From: Octopus bimaculoides
Lineage: Eukaryota
Direction: 5' to 3'
Assembly (NCBI RefSeq): GCF_001194135.2
Contig: NC_068995.1
Coordinates: 19,336,764-19,400,763, forward strand
DNA: 64,000 nucleotides
Part shown: positions 28,277-40,945 of the stretch, in pieces
Layout: each line of letters begins with the position of its first letter
Position numbering within the stretch: position 1 is the stretch's first letter
Notes under the pieces: model-generated
The model's input: the letters and a program-made list of their open reading frames with translations, nothing else
The model's database searches: none
What the model was told of the DNA's origin: nothing
Translations under genes and position numbers: made by a program

Positions 28277-28944
28277 CTAGATAGCAAGAGCTTGAGACAT
28301 AACAAACACTAAACCTCAAAACCAGTTGGGTGTGAATCCCAACAACTATTTCACCAATCATTCTCTCTGTTTGTTCTTTAAACCTTATTATTCACATTTT
28401 TTCCCATTCTCTTCCAACAGTTCATAACTTTCTCCATTAAACTGTTTCTTTATCCATTCTATAAATCGTCTTATTATGACAAGATTGTTCAACATCCCGC
28501 CATTTAGAAATTTGTTCAATTTTAGTGACCATATCTCACTTTCACACCAACCTCTTTGATAAAATTTATTTTAAATTTTGTTTTATGTTTTTTCGATTAT
28601 TGGGGATTCTTATTCTCCATATCTGTTTGTTTGTTTGTTATTTTTTTGTATTTTTACTTAACGACTCCCATATTCTCACTTACCTTCTTGATTTGTATTT
28701 TTGTATGGCCATTTCTCAATACAATAAATAACAACATGCTGAGTACATCTATTGCCTGTAGATAAATATAACAAGGTAGCTTATTCGATGTAGTAGAGTT
28801 GAAGTTTTCAACTACATTGTGTTATTCTGCAGACTGATCTGTAATTTCCCATAGCATTATATTTCCATGAATATACACACGCATATATACTTATTTATTT
28901 ATATATGTTTCAATATATATGTTTTAGAAGTCCGTTGATAATGA

Positions 28945-29075
28945 TGTAAGATCTATTATGAAACTAGAAAAATTATGAAACGGCTGTAAATGTATGGCAT
29001 AAACTTCTCTTGTGTATACTCTTTATCACACACACTGATACACACATACACACACACACAAACATACATACGTAC

Positions 29076-29151
<76 letters not shown>

Positions 29152-29356
29152 ATATGCATAAATATATATGTATATGTAAATATACATATATACATATATA
29201 CATGTATATATACGTATATACCTATACGTATGCATATATTTGTGTGTGTGTGTATGTGTGTATCAGTGTGTGTGATAAAGAGTATACACAAGAGAAGTTT
29301 ATGCCATACATTTACAGCCGTTTCATAATTTTTCTAGTTTCATAATAGAGATTACA
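28945..29356. repeat. Long inverted repeat: perfect 111-bp arms (28952-29062 / 29239-29349) around a 176-bp microsatellite spacer
   Basis: Arms compared base by base; outer 7 bp match at 5 of 7 (tgtaaga vs tgtaatc). Confidence 0.95.
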
Positions 29357-29595
29357 CGGGCAAAGCCATATATTGAGTAATTAACTTCATTAGTTTACAG
29401 TTGTTTCTGCTATACAGTGTAGTGGATTCATTACACTTGTATGTTCTGAAAATGAAGTGTACTTCATTTTGAAGGCTTCGTTGAAGCTATATGATATTAT
29501 CCTGGCACTGAGCTAAGAAGCTACTACATCTACAGAAGAATCAGCTGTAAGCCTAAAGAAGTTCATATAAACATATATGTACGCATATACATGAC

Positions 29596-29918
29596 TAGCA
29601 TTCCGTCGGTTACGACGACTAGTTTTCCAGTTGATCCGATCAACGGAACAGCCAACGCAACAAATTAACTTGCAAGTGACTGAGCACTCCACAGATACAA
29701 GTATCCTTAACGTAGCTCTCAGGGACATTCAGTGTGTCAAAGAGTCTGACAATGCTGACCATTTAAATTACAGGTATTACTCATTTTTGCTAACTGGGTG
29801 AACTGGAACCACGAGAAATAAAATGTCTTGCTCAAGGAAATAATGCATCGCTGAGAAATGAACTCACGACCTTAAAATCGTGAGCGAAATAACCTAACTA
29901 CTGAGCTGCGCGCATTCA
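29596..29918 (-). mobile_element. SINE with tRNA head, central domain shared with 62411-62733 and 3' tail shared with 57620-57943
   Basis: Minus strand: gcagctcagtagttagg..gtgagttc, then cttgagcaagacattttatttc..ccagttcac, then gtggagtgctcagtcacttgc..ccgacggaatgcta. Confidence 0.85.
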
Positions 29919-29959
29919 CGTGTATACACAGACACACAAGTATGTATATATTTATATTC

Positions 29960-30633
29960 TTTTATACTTTTACTTGTTTTATTCATTTGACTTCGATCAT
30001 GCTGGAGCACCTACTTAAAGGGTTTCAGTCGAAAAAATTGACCCCCAGAACTTATTCTTTGTAAGTACTTATTCTATCGATCTCGTTTGCCGAATCGGTA
30101 CGTTATGGTAACATAAACATGCCTACGTTTCTTTCGACTAATAAAGACAAATCAAGTTGAGCTGGCGTGTGTAGGGTGAAAATCTTGAAGCAGGGGCATA
30201 AGAGATGAACTTAAGAGATGAAAGTCACGAGACAGGAATATAAAAGATGCTTCGCGGTCGGCATTCAAGCCGAGAACGATGATGCTTGGCTGAACACCGG
30301 TCACGTGGAAGGAAAGGAGATAGGTTTGGGCAGAGGGTTTGAAGAATTAGGAGGACGACGAGAAAGAAATTAAAACAAAGGGACATAGAGAAAGTACAAG
30401 CGAGATAATCGAGGAAGAAAAATAAGGAGATTAAAGAAAGAGAAGGCCAAGAAATGTGAGAGAGGGGAAGCGACAAAAAGAAAAGAGTTAAGAAAGAAGA
30501 AAGTATGAGAGGGACGAAAAGACACGATGGGCTACTTTCAGATTCCGTCTACCAAATCCACTCACAAGTCTTTGGTCGGTCCGAGGCTATAGACCATGTG
30601 GTTGGAAGCAAGCTTCTTACCACACAGTCACGC
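29960..30633 (-). mobile_element. SINE family B split into a 3' part (29960-30120) and a 5' part (30527-30633) by about 400 bp of other sequence
   Basis: Both parts align to 23330-23719 in the same orientation and order. Confidence 0.75.
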
Positions 30634-31362
30634 CACGGACGTGTGCATAAATCGTTTATATTTACTCTTTACATGTTCTGACAGTTTCAGAACCAAAAGT
30701 TACTGGTCGCTAAAGTATATTTGTGTACGATGACACTCCTTTCGGCATTCTCCGCTTATTGTCGTCCGGGACTCTGGCACACCGAGGTTTCGCCGTGTAT
30801 GTCTCGTCGGCTTGACGCACCAAACCTTTATATAAACATGTGTGTATGTATGTATGTATGTATGTATGTATGTATGTATGTATGTGTACATCTATGTGTA
30901 TGTGTATATATAGATATATACATAAACTTTTTTTATTAAAACTGCAAAATTATCCTTGTTGCTCGGAGTATCACGTTCCCCTTCGTCGGATAGTTGTGAT
31001 AAATACTGAATTAAAATCATGATTACACGTGTGGGATGTGATTACAAATACACGAATAGGCATGTGAATTTTATAAGATGATAGTATTTTTCAACATCTA
31101 ACAGTATTCGCCAACTATTTTCCGACGTTGTTTTGCACTGTTGTACTCGAAATTTGATCTCATTTTAAATTACATTAAAAAAAAGCAAAAACTTTAAAAT
31201 CCACTTTTCATATTCGAAATAATATCTCACAGAAACTTTTCCTGCAAAGTTATTCAGTAAAGAGATTATAAATACATCCGTATTCAGAAGAATAATATAA
31301 TGATATAATGACATAAAGCTAATGGACGCTCCAACACAGACGTGTATGTGTGTGTGTGTATG

Positions 31363-31416
<54 letters not shown>

Positions 31417-32037
31417 CAGACAAACATACATACATACAGACATACATACGTATATATACATGCATATATATATAGAAATGTATATATGTATATATGTATG
31501 TGTAAAAAATTTCAAAGGAAAGGAAAAGATTTAATTATTTCCATTATACAATGTTCTCAAAGTTATTGCTTCAAAGCACGTGAAGTAATTCGTTAAGGTG
31601 CATAAGAACAACTTCTTGTTACCTCCGCCCATCATTACTATGACAAAACTATTAGCATTCATGCGAATGTGTCCTACCCAATATGAACTGTTGTATCTTC
31701 TATTGTTCAGCTTGGCTATTTTTCTTACTTTTGATTAATTAAATGTCAAATTTTGGCAATATAAATTGCCTGAAGTTCATAAAGTGTATAACATTTAAAT
31801 AACACACTAGATTCCTTGCCGCTTGTTCTTTACTTAGACAAAGATTTCCTCTCAATGGAAGGTCGCTTGTAGGCACGTGAAGCGATGCCTATGAAGGCAC
31901 TGCAGCGGATAATGATGATGATGATGATGATCATGATCATGATCATGATAATGATTGTAGTGGTGGTGGTGGTGGTGAAAAGGATGTAGTTGTTCTTAAT
32001 ATTATAAATGTTTTAGTCTCATTTTTAAAAACATGAT

Positions 32038-32125
32038 GGTGACGAGCTGGCAGAATCGTTAGCACGCCGAGCGAAATGCATAGCAGCGTTTCGTCCGTCT
32101 TGACGTTTTAGGTTCAAATTCCACC
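32038..32125 (+). mobile_element. SINE family A head only
   Basis: ggtgacgagctggcagaatcgttagcacgccg..ggttcaaattccacc. Confidence 0.85.
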
Positions 32126-32199
32126 GTTTTAAGGCACTGTCCCCATCTTAGGCACTGTCCCTGTTAACTACACTGCACAGCATGTACATTTCGTCTCTT

Positions 32200-32925
32200 T
32201 TCCCTCTTTCAGCCCATTCCGTCCGAAGTCATCGAAAATGGTACTATCTTAACCTTATATACATTCATCTGTTTTATCTCTTTAGCAAGTCTATTATACT
32301 TTTGTATTTCTGCCATTTCTACTTCGTTCAGTTTTTTGTCGATGCTATTTCGATTTCGATAATTATTGTTTCTTTTCTTTCGTGGTCAAATATTGTAATA
32401 CCGGGTTTATTGTTTTCTATGTGGTTTGGTATTTTTAGTGGGCTGGCTACTAAAATCTTAACCTTTTCATTTGTTACCTTTTCTATTTGCACGTTTCTGA
32501 TTTTCCGGTTTTATGATATGTTATACTGCTGTAGTAGGTTCTCAAAGATTATTTTGGTTATCTCATCGTGTCTCTCTTGATATTTCGTGTGTACTATTTT
32601 TCCTCATTGCATTGCCATACGTTCAATATTTCCTTTGTTTTTTTTTTACAATATTTGCATGCCTTTTTTGTTCCATAGTAATTGTTTCTGTCTTGTAAAT
32701 ACTGTAAAATATTTTTTATCTAACATTGAGCATTTGCTTTGTCTTATAATTTTTAACGTCTCTCTTTTTGACATTGCTTCCTCATCCCGGTGCTTACAGT
32801 ATTCACCGTGTATTTCTTTGTGTGATTGTTCCTTAATTATTTTTCTCCTCGTATTTTTTGTATTCATTGACATTATTGATTTTATTTTTTACGCATTCTC
32901 TTTTTTATTTCCGCAATATCGTAAC
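32200..32925 (-). mobile_element. Decayed RLE-type non-LTR retrotransposon C-terminus (R4/Dong-like): zinc knuckle plus restriction-like endonuclease
   Basis: With frameshifts: EIHGEY..., CKYC, YQERHDEITKII, NNKPGITIFDHERKETIIIEI, QKYNRLAKEI, VKIVPFSMTSDG. This is the CxxC / RHD / PD / E / KY-L motif order of RLE elements. Confidence 0.8.
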
Positions 32926-32932
32926 CCATACA

Positions 32933-32934
<2 letters not shown>

Positions 32935-33022
<88 letters not shown>
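32935..33022. repeat. (AAT)n microsatellite
   Basis: Direct reading. Confidence 0.97.
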
Positions 33023-33023
<1 letters not shown>

Positions 33024-33122
33024 TTTACCGATGGTGAAATTTACCATGGTGAGATATACAGTGGTGTAATTTACCTATGGTGAAATTTACTTGGTGGAAT
33101 TTTCCGTGGTGGAATTTACGGT
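33021..33122. repeat. About 15-bp minisatellite, about 7 degenerate units (aatttaccnntggtg)
   Basis: Units such as aattttaccgatggtg, aaatttaccatggtg, taatttacctatggtg, gaattttccgtggtg. Confidence 0.85.
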
Positions 33123-33278
33123 CATCCATTCATATATATATATATATATATATACACGCATACACGCACACACAGAGGCGCACGCGCACACACACGTACT
33201 TACGTATATATCTATGTATGAAAATATACAGACATACTATTATTGTTATTATTATTATTGTCATTATTATCATTATTA

Positions 33279-33340
<62 letters not shown>

Positions 33341-33911
33341 TATCATTATTATTCTGTCGTTTAGGTATAGTAATACTGAAAACCTGGCGTTAGAACTCAA
33401 TATACTTATGCATCAGAACAAAGCGTCTGTCGGGTAGAGAACAGAAACTAAAATGACAACAGAAAAGAAATAGTGATTAATTTTATTAGGTTACAGCTGC
33501 TTTTACTATATGTTGCAATGAACTCTTAGTTGAATAGCGTATAGCTTCAAAGATGAAAAGTACTTTTATTTGGGGAATGTATAAATGCAGAAAATGTTTA
33601 CCAACGAAAACCACATAATTGTATGTATGCAATGAATGCAAGGCGTTTACTTGGGAGAAGAATCTCTTATAAATGGAACAACATTTCATNNNNNNNNNNN
33701 NNNNNNNNNNNNNNNNNNNNNNNNNNNNNNNNNNNNNNNNNNNNNNNNNNNNNNNNNNNNNNNNNNNNNNNNNNNNNNNNNNNNNNNNNNNNNNNNNNNN
33801 NNNNNNNNNNNNNNNNNNNNNNNNNNNNNNNNNNNNNNNNNNNNNNNNNNNNNNNNNNNNNNNNNNNNNNNNNNNNNNNNNNNNNNNNNNNNNNNNNNNN
33901 NNNNNNNNNNN

Positions 33912-33970
<59 letters not shown>

Positions 33971-34085
33971 AGGATAAGTATATTAAGAATTCCTATGGAA
34001 AGAAGTAAAATTAAATTGGTAAAAATTATGTTCTGGGAATAATGATAGATCGAAAATGAGAGAAACCAAGAGAATGATATATATA

Positions 34086-34520
34086 CAGGGTGCGGTGAAT
34101 AAACTGTCTATCTCAATTTAACAGATATATTTAGCAAAATTACATAGAAATATCTTCAAATACTAAAGTGTAAATTTATTCAATAAAATCGCCATTGGCT
34201 TCAACTACAGCCTCTAGACGAGTTCGGAATCTTCTGCAACTCTTCTGTACCGTCTCCATTTTTTAAGTTGGTGAATGCTGTCATAATTCTTGCCTTCATT
34301 TCATCTTTGGTGTTACAAGGAATTTTGTTGGTCTCTTGCTCAACTGCACCTTTCACATAATAATGAAGTGGGTTGCAGTCTAGGGAGTAAGGTGGTCAGA
34401 TGTTAGAGGTGATGTGGTCGAAGAAATTGACTGAGAGGCCATGATTGTCTTCTCCTGATTGTGTAGAATGGTGCAGTCCTGCTGCCAGACATAGCGTCTT
34501 CCAACAGCCACATTTATGAC
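34086..34520 (-). mobile_element. Tc1/mariner DD37D (maT-like) transposase 3' fragment with right terminus
   Basis: Minus strand: VAVGRRYVWQQD...FDHITSNI*PPYSLDCNPLHYYVKGAVEQETNK...SCRRFRTRLEAVVEANGDFIE*. There are 110 nt between the second D and the degenerate third D position (37 codons less one nt). Terminus TA|CAGGGTGCGG at 34084-34095. Confidence 0.85.
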
Positions 34521-35412
34521 ATACACACATACATTCATACACACGCACTCACCTACACATCCATCCACCCATCCATCCATCCATACATACATACATACAT
34601 ACATACATACATACAAAGGATTGAAATATAACGAATAAAAGAAATGTATACGTATCCGCTTTACAATTTAATATAATATAAATATAAATGCATGTTTAAA
34701 GTTAAAGCGATTCTCTCCCCCTCAGTAGTACACAGCTACGCAAGTTTTCATACAGACAAGCATATAAATACATACGCATATACGTATATANNNNNNNNNN
34801 NNNNNNNNNNNNNNNNNNNNNNNNNNNNNNNNNNNNNNNNNNNNNNNNNNNNNNNNNNNNNNNNNNNNNNNNNNNNNNNNNNNNNNNNNNNNNNNNNNNN
34901 NNNNNNNNNNNNNNNNNNNNNNNNNNNNNNNNNNNNNNNNNNNNNNNNNNNNNNNNNNNNNNNNNNNNNNNNNNNNNNNNNNNNNNNNNNNNNNNNNNNN
35001 NNNNNNNNNNNNNNNNNNNNNNNNNNNNNNNNNNNNNNNNNNNNNNNNNNNNNNNNNNNNNNNNNNNNNNNNNNNNNNNNNNNNNNNNNNNNNNNNNNNN
35101 NNNNNNNNNNNNNNNNNNNNNNNNNNNNNNNNNNNNNNNNNNNNNNNNNNNNNNNNNNNNNNNNNNNNNNNNNNNNNNNNNNNNNNNNNNNNNNNNNNNN
35201 NNNNNNNNNNNNNNNNNNNNNNNNNNNNNNNNNNNNNNNNNNNNNNNNNNNNNNNNNNNNNNNNNNNNNNNNNNNNNNNNNNNNNNNNNNNNNNNNNNNN
35301 NNNNNNNNNNNNNNNNNNNNNNNNNNNNNNNNNNNNNNNNNNNNNNNNNNNNNNNNNNNNNNNNNNNNNNNNNNNNNNNNNNNNNNNNNNNNNNNNNNNN
35401 NNNNNNNNNNNN

Positions 35413-35447
<35 letters not shown>

Positions 35448-35872
35448 AATCGGTTATACAAGCTGCAAATATTCCCAATTACCATTTGCTTCTAACGGAA
35501 GTTCAAATGTCTGATTGCTATTCCTTCACAGATAACACAGTGTAACCGAATTGATACCCTTAGTTTATCAAATGCCTATCTCGTAAACTATTCATGCAGA
35601 ATTCCCTTCACCTCAGTGGATCTTTTATTTTAAACACGTCGATATAGGAAGCAACTATAATAATCCTCAACATTATTGAATGGAATCACACGGAACTCAA
35701 AGAGAACACTTACAAAAGACAATATTATCAGTATTCATACTCATTTTCATGGAAATTCAGAGAATCCACACAGATATGCACGCATACATTCATGAATATA
35801 TTTATAGGCATATATAAGTACATCTATCTGTCTATCTATCTATCTATCTATCCATCTATCTATCTATCTATA

Positions 35873-35920
<48 letters not shown>

Positions 35921-36008
35921 AATCTATCTATCTATCTATTTATTTATCTATCTATCTATCTATCATCATTATAATCGATTAACTTTCGCCTTTCATGCTG
36001 GCATGGGA

Positions 36009-36078
<70 letters not shown>

Positions 36079-36849
36079 NNNNNNNNNNNNNNNNNNNNNN
36101 NNNNNNNNNNNNNNNNNNNNNNNNNNNNNNNNNNNNNNNNNNNNNNNNNNNNNNNNNNNNNNNNNNNNNNNNNNNNNNNNNNNNNNNNNNNNNNNNNNNN
36201 NNNNNNNNNNNNNNNNNNNNNNNNNNNNNNNNNNNNNNNNNNNNNNNNNNNNNNNNNNNNNNNNNNNNNNNNNNNNNNNNNNNNNNNNNNNNNNNNNNNN
36301 NNNNNNNNNNNNNNNNNNNNNNNNNNNNNNNNNNNNNNNNNNNNNNNNNNNNNNNNNNNNNNNNNNNNNNNNNNNNNNNNNNNNNNNNNNNNNNNNNNNN
36401 NNNNNNNNNNNNNNNNNNNNNNNNNNNNNNNNNNNNNNNNNNNNNNNNNNNNNNNNNNNNNNNNNNNNNNNNNNNNNNNNNNNNNNNNNNNNNNNNNNNN
36501 NNNNNNNNNNNNNNNNNNNNNNNNNNNNNNNNNNNNNNNNNNNNNNNNNNNNNNNNNNNNNNNNNNNNNNNNNNNNNNNNNNNNNNNNNNNNNNNNNNNN
36601 NNNNNNNNNNNNNNNNNNNNNNNNNNNNNNNNNNNNNNNNNNNNNNNNNNNNNNNNNNNNNNNNNNNNNNNNNNNNNNNNNNNNNNNNNNNNNNNNNNNN
36701 NNNNNNNNNNNNNNNNNNNNNNNNNNNNNNNNNNNNNNNNNNNNNNNNNNNNNNNNNNNNNNNNNNNNNNNNNNNNNNNNNNNNNNNNNNNNNNNNNNNN
36801 NNNNNNNNNNNNNNNNNNNNNNNNNNNNNNNNNNNNNNNNNNNNNNNNN

Positions 36850-36888
<39 letters not shown>

Positions 36889-37963
36889 GTATAGTTTTGT
36901 CAAAGAACTGTAGCCCTTTGAGGTATGCTAGCATCGTAGCTCCCCGGTTTCTATTGGTGTTCAGTGAATACTAAGTATATTACTTTTCCATTGATATATA
37001 TAGGTATTTAAAATACCTATATATATCAAAGGAAATGGAGCCACACAAAATGAAGTCCCTAGCTCAAGACATAAAACGAGTCTTTTCCGTATATCGAACC
37101 AGTGACTATACTATCGCGAAATCAAAAGCTGAATTAATCTAATAAATCTCTGCAAGTTGTTTATGTTTAGAGTTGTGGCTATGCTTGTGTATATGTGAAC
37201 ATGTGTCAATATATTTTAAACATGTAATAACGCCTTTCATAAAGAGCCATTGACATAGTTTTGAAAATTGTCGTACTTAAATTAGCTGACGAATTTAACA
37301 AGCATTTGAAAACTGCGTATATTGCCTGTTTTACATCGAATATTTAAAAGTACATTGCATGATGTGTCACGCTAAAAAAGGATATATCAATAAAATTTCA
37401 TATAAGTTGAATTGATTTACTCAACATTTTAGCTTGAAATACATTTACATAATAATATTACTAGGCATAGCTAATTACATATACACAAGATCTAAAATCT
37501 ATATGTCCGTTTATACGAAGCATGTAGATGAATCCATGCATGGCATGTGATGAAGCATTGATGCTTAAATTTATGTATACAAATATATATGTATTTATGT
37601 GAATATATATATAATTTTCTATGTAGGTGTGTATAAGGTGTGTATATATGTGTTCAAATACACAGGAAATAAACACTCCCAAACCTTCTCCAAACATGTA
37701 TATTAAAGTTTCTCGTACATGAATGAATGTTCGGATGAATAGATCGTTTATGTGTGAGTGTGAGTGTGTGTACAAAAATATGTAGACACATTTATATACG
37801 TGCCTGTGTGTGTATGTTTATATGTCTGTGTATGTGTATGTGCGTAAGCATTTGTGATATGAGATGTGTGAATGTGGTTTTAAAATATTATATATGTATA
37901 TATATACTCATATATATTTAAATGTATATATCTTTCATAGTTAACAACAACAGCAACAGCAAC

Positions 37964-37982
37964 AACAACAACAACAATAATA

Positions 37983-38050
<68 letters not shown>
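37964..38050. repeat. (AAC)/(AAT)n microsatellite
   Basis: Direct reading. Confidence 0.95.
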
Positions 38051-38052
<2 letters not shown>

Positions 38053-38059
38053 ATGATTA

Positions 38060-38539
38060 GAGGGTTGCCGTGGACTTTTACAACTGGAATTAACATTGAA
38101 TATTGCCACAATTGTTTTAAACACCTAGCTGAAAAATTCTGATGACTGGATAGTGAAACTTGTCTCGAAGCGTTAAAATAAGAAAGAATCATATTCAGTA
38201 ATAAAGCAAGCAAAGGAATATATAAGTGAGTTCCAAATACAACAAAAACCAGTGTCAGTCGTACTAGAAACAAGCATACAAAAGGCTAATCGCATGGAAG
38301 CCCGTGCTCAAACGGTTGCCTTAGATATTCTTACTGATAAATGGCAAGAAAAACCTCTCAATGGCAAATACCAAAAGAGAGCCAATAGTGCCAAAGTTGA
38401 CAAAGCTCTTAGCCATCAATGGTTAGTTTGTTTTGTCTTAACATTAGAGGGGTTTATCGTAGCAGCCCAATATCAATGCCTACCTATAAGAAACTACCAG
38501 GCCAACGTATTAAGAACGGCCAGCAGTAGCCCAAAATGA
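38060..38539 (+). mobile_element. R4/Dong-like non-LTR retrotransposon fragment (RT C-terminal region up to the zinc knuckle)
   Basis: GCRGLLQLE..NSDDW..YSVIKQA..KWQEKPLNGKY..SHQWL..EGFIVAAQYQCLPIRNYQ, matching the GGRGL / WxxKxLHG / ETEGxIxAAQDQ pattern; one frameshift and one stop. Confidence 0.85.
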
Positions 38540-39678
38540 TGATCATGATCATGATATTCATTATCATAATAATAATAATAATAACAAAATAGTAATTTCC
38601 TCATTATTATCTTCATTAAAAGCCCTCTTTTAATTGTCATTTTCATTCTCGACTACTCTGGCCACGACGTCTTCGTCGTCATCATCCTTGTCAATAAACA
38701 TCATCATTGACTGCCTCAGCGAATGTCCGTTTAAGCCAGAGCTTTGTGAATGTATACTTTATAACAACATTATATCCTAGGAGGTTTTTTTTTCGTTTGT
38801 CTTACAGTATGCTTGGATTCAGTACAGTACTTTGGATAAAATTTGTATACATTTATATGTAGTTATTACCTGTATATTTTACAAATTAGACATTCAGCTT
38901 GTTCTTTCTGGTTTAAAAAATAAGTCGTCTGATGTAGAAGAAAGATGTACTAAAGATAATGGTTAAAGCGTTTACTTCAATAAAATCTCACGCACGCCCT
39001 ATTTCATTTTCAAGCAAATTTCGCAACAGATTTTATTTCAATAACACTTCAGAAAAGTATAATATGTCGTCTTTTCAAGCCCCAAACCATACACTTGCGC
39101 AATAGGAGACACTAGCGAATGAAGAAACATTTATCTGAAGACAAATTACAAATTAAAAAAATTAAGTATTGGATTTTCGACAAAAACATGTATATCACAC
39201 TTTTGTAAACATTGATGGGCATTAGATGTTTGCTAAAATAAACATATTAAAAAACAAAAAGAAATGCATGAAAAATATATTATCGGCAACAATGTTTCTT
39301 TGCTAACGAATTCATCCTGGAATGAGCAAAGAAGAATATGGGGTGTTGTTCTTTCTCGGAAACTTATAAATTACTCTGAGTTTCCGGAACGTAAAAAAAG
39401 ATCAGGTGTAGATCATCTAGAAAAATGTGCTTCGCATTATGACTGAAAATACCTGAAAATAGAACAACACGCCTATATAGAATTTGCTTCTACAGTACAT
39501 AGGGGGTGGAAAAAGATCAATAAGATGCAAGCCTCAGATGACTAGAAGCGTGGTATTACGTGTGACATCAATGTTTTCTAACCAGCAAAAGGAAACAGAA
39601 ATCCAGAGCTGAAGACACCAGGAGACACTGCAGAAACAACGGCATCCTCAAGAAATTTATACTGTTGCTGCTCTTTAC

Positions 39679-39789
39679 CTCTTTCAAGCAGCCAGTTAAC
39701 CGCATTGGTAGGAAAATAAATAAATTCATACTCGAAAGACGGACTCGATACATGATATTGAGAAGTGAGGGGTCGCTAACGCACATCAG
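39679..39789 (-). CDS. Candidate 111-nt exon, unknown product
   Basis: ttgattgcctcttgtag| acceptor and AG|gtaaag donor; open only in phase 0 (LMCVSDPSLLNIMYRVRLSSMNLFIFLPMRLTGCLKE); no family recognised. Confidence 0.2.
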
Positions 39790-40262
39790 CTACAAGAGGC
39801 AATCAACAGAAGGATTTTGGCGTAGTTAAGAGAAAAACGTGAATGAATCTAAAATAAGCAACCAAGAACCCGAGTCTACATCACGAAGATACACCTGAGC
39901 TATGCTGTAATTTCAAGATGCACTATAGTTAATTTCATTTAAAGCTGGTCTTAATGGGGATGGAACCAATTCGTACTGATTAAGAAAGGGACTATGGGCA
40001 AGTATCAGGTATTCCTATACAATATGTGTTTGTGTGTGTACAACAAGATACTATAACGATAAATTAATATGTCAAATACGTTATAATATACATGGCTAAA
40101 GCAATTAAAGACTCCAAAAGGTACAATACATAAATAAGGGGGCAAAAAACACCTACAACTGCTAGAAACCAGAGCTAAAAATACAACTCAAATAGCCACA
40201 CAAAGTCATTAACCTCATCAGATGTTCAATATATACACAACATTATTAGTAGCATAATTATT

Positions 40263-40478
40263 AAGGCGGTGAGCAAGAAGAATCGTTTGAACGCCCGGGT
40301 TGATGCTAAGCGGAATTTCGTCCGTCTTCATGTTCTGAGTTCAAATTCCAGCAACGTCCGCTTTGCTTCTGATCATTTCAGGGTCGATAAAATAAATACG
40401 ATTTCCATAATGGGGTTGACGTAACAGACTTATCCCTTCGCCCGAAATTGCTAGCCTTGCGCTAAAATTTGAAATCAT
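40263..40478 (+). mobile_element. SINE family A, full length
   Basis: aaggcggtgagc..gagttcaaattcc..gggtcgataaaat..gctagccttgcgctaaaatttgaaatc. Confidence 0.85.
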
Positions 40479-40679
40479 TATTATAATTCCATTAATATTA
40501 AAATAATTCCTGTTAAGTATCTAGCTTTTGTTCCTTTCCATTAAACAGCATTCTTTACTAAGACGCATTTTATACATCTGTTTATGTGAGTACTAATATA
40601 TATATATATATATATATAAGCAATGTTAATTCTCTAAATGAAGTATTAACAGTAACTGCACGATAAAGTGTAGTATATT

Positions 40680-40945
40680 GCCACTTAAGTGTGGCTGACC
40701 CCTAGGGGTGGATGTTACTGTTGCTTTTAGCCCCAGGAGGACATCTCCTCCAGCTGGCTTATCGACACACGACTGTGTCCTGTTTGCCAAGGGAAGTTAT
40801 CCCTCTCACCTCGATCTGCAGCACGAACGTATCCGGATTTCAGGGTTATTTCCCTTCGTCGGCGCCCGATTGCTTGTTTTCACCTTTTCGATATCAGTGA
40901 AGAATTTCACTGGAAAAGAAGATATAAGATTGCCAGGTTTTTGTC
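40680..40945. mobile_element. GC-rich interspersed repeat fragment running into a gap (possibly a LINE end)
   Basis: Resembles an octopus repeat as I recall it (gtggctgacccctaggggtggatg..tttagccccagg); single copy here, so it cannot be verified within the window. Confidence 0.4.

Noticed and set aside
38135-38165. Hammerhead-like CTGATGA...GAAAC
   Set aside because: Lies within the retrotransposon coding frame (SDDW) and stems I and III cannot form.
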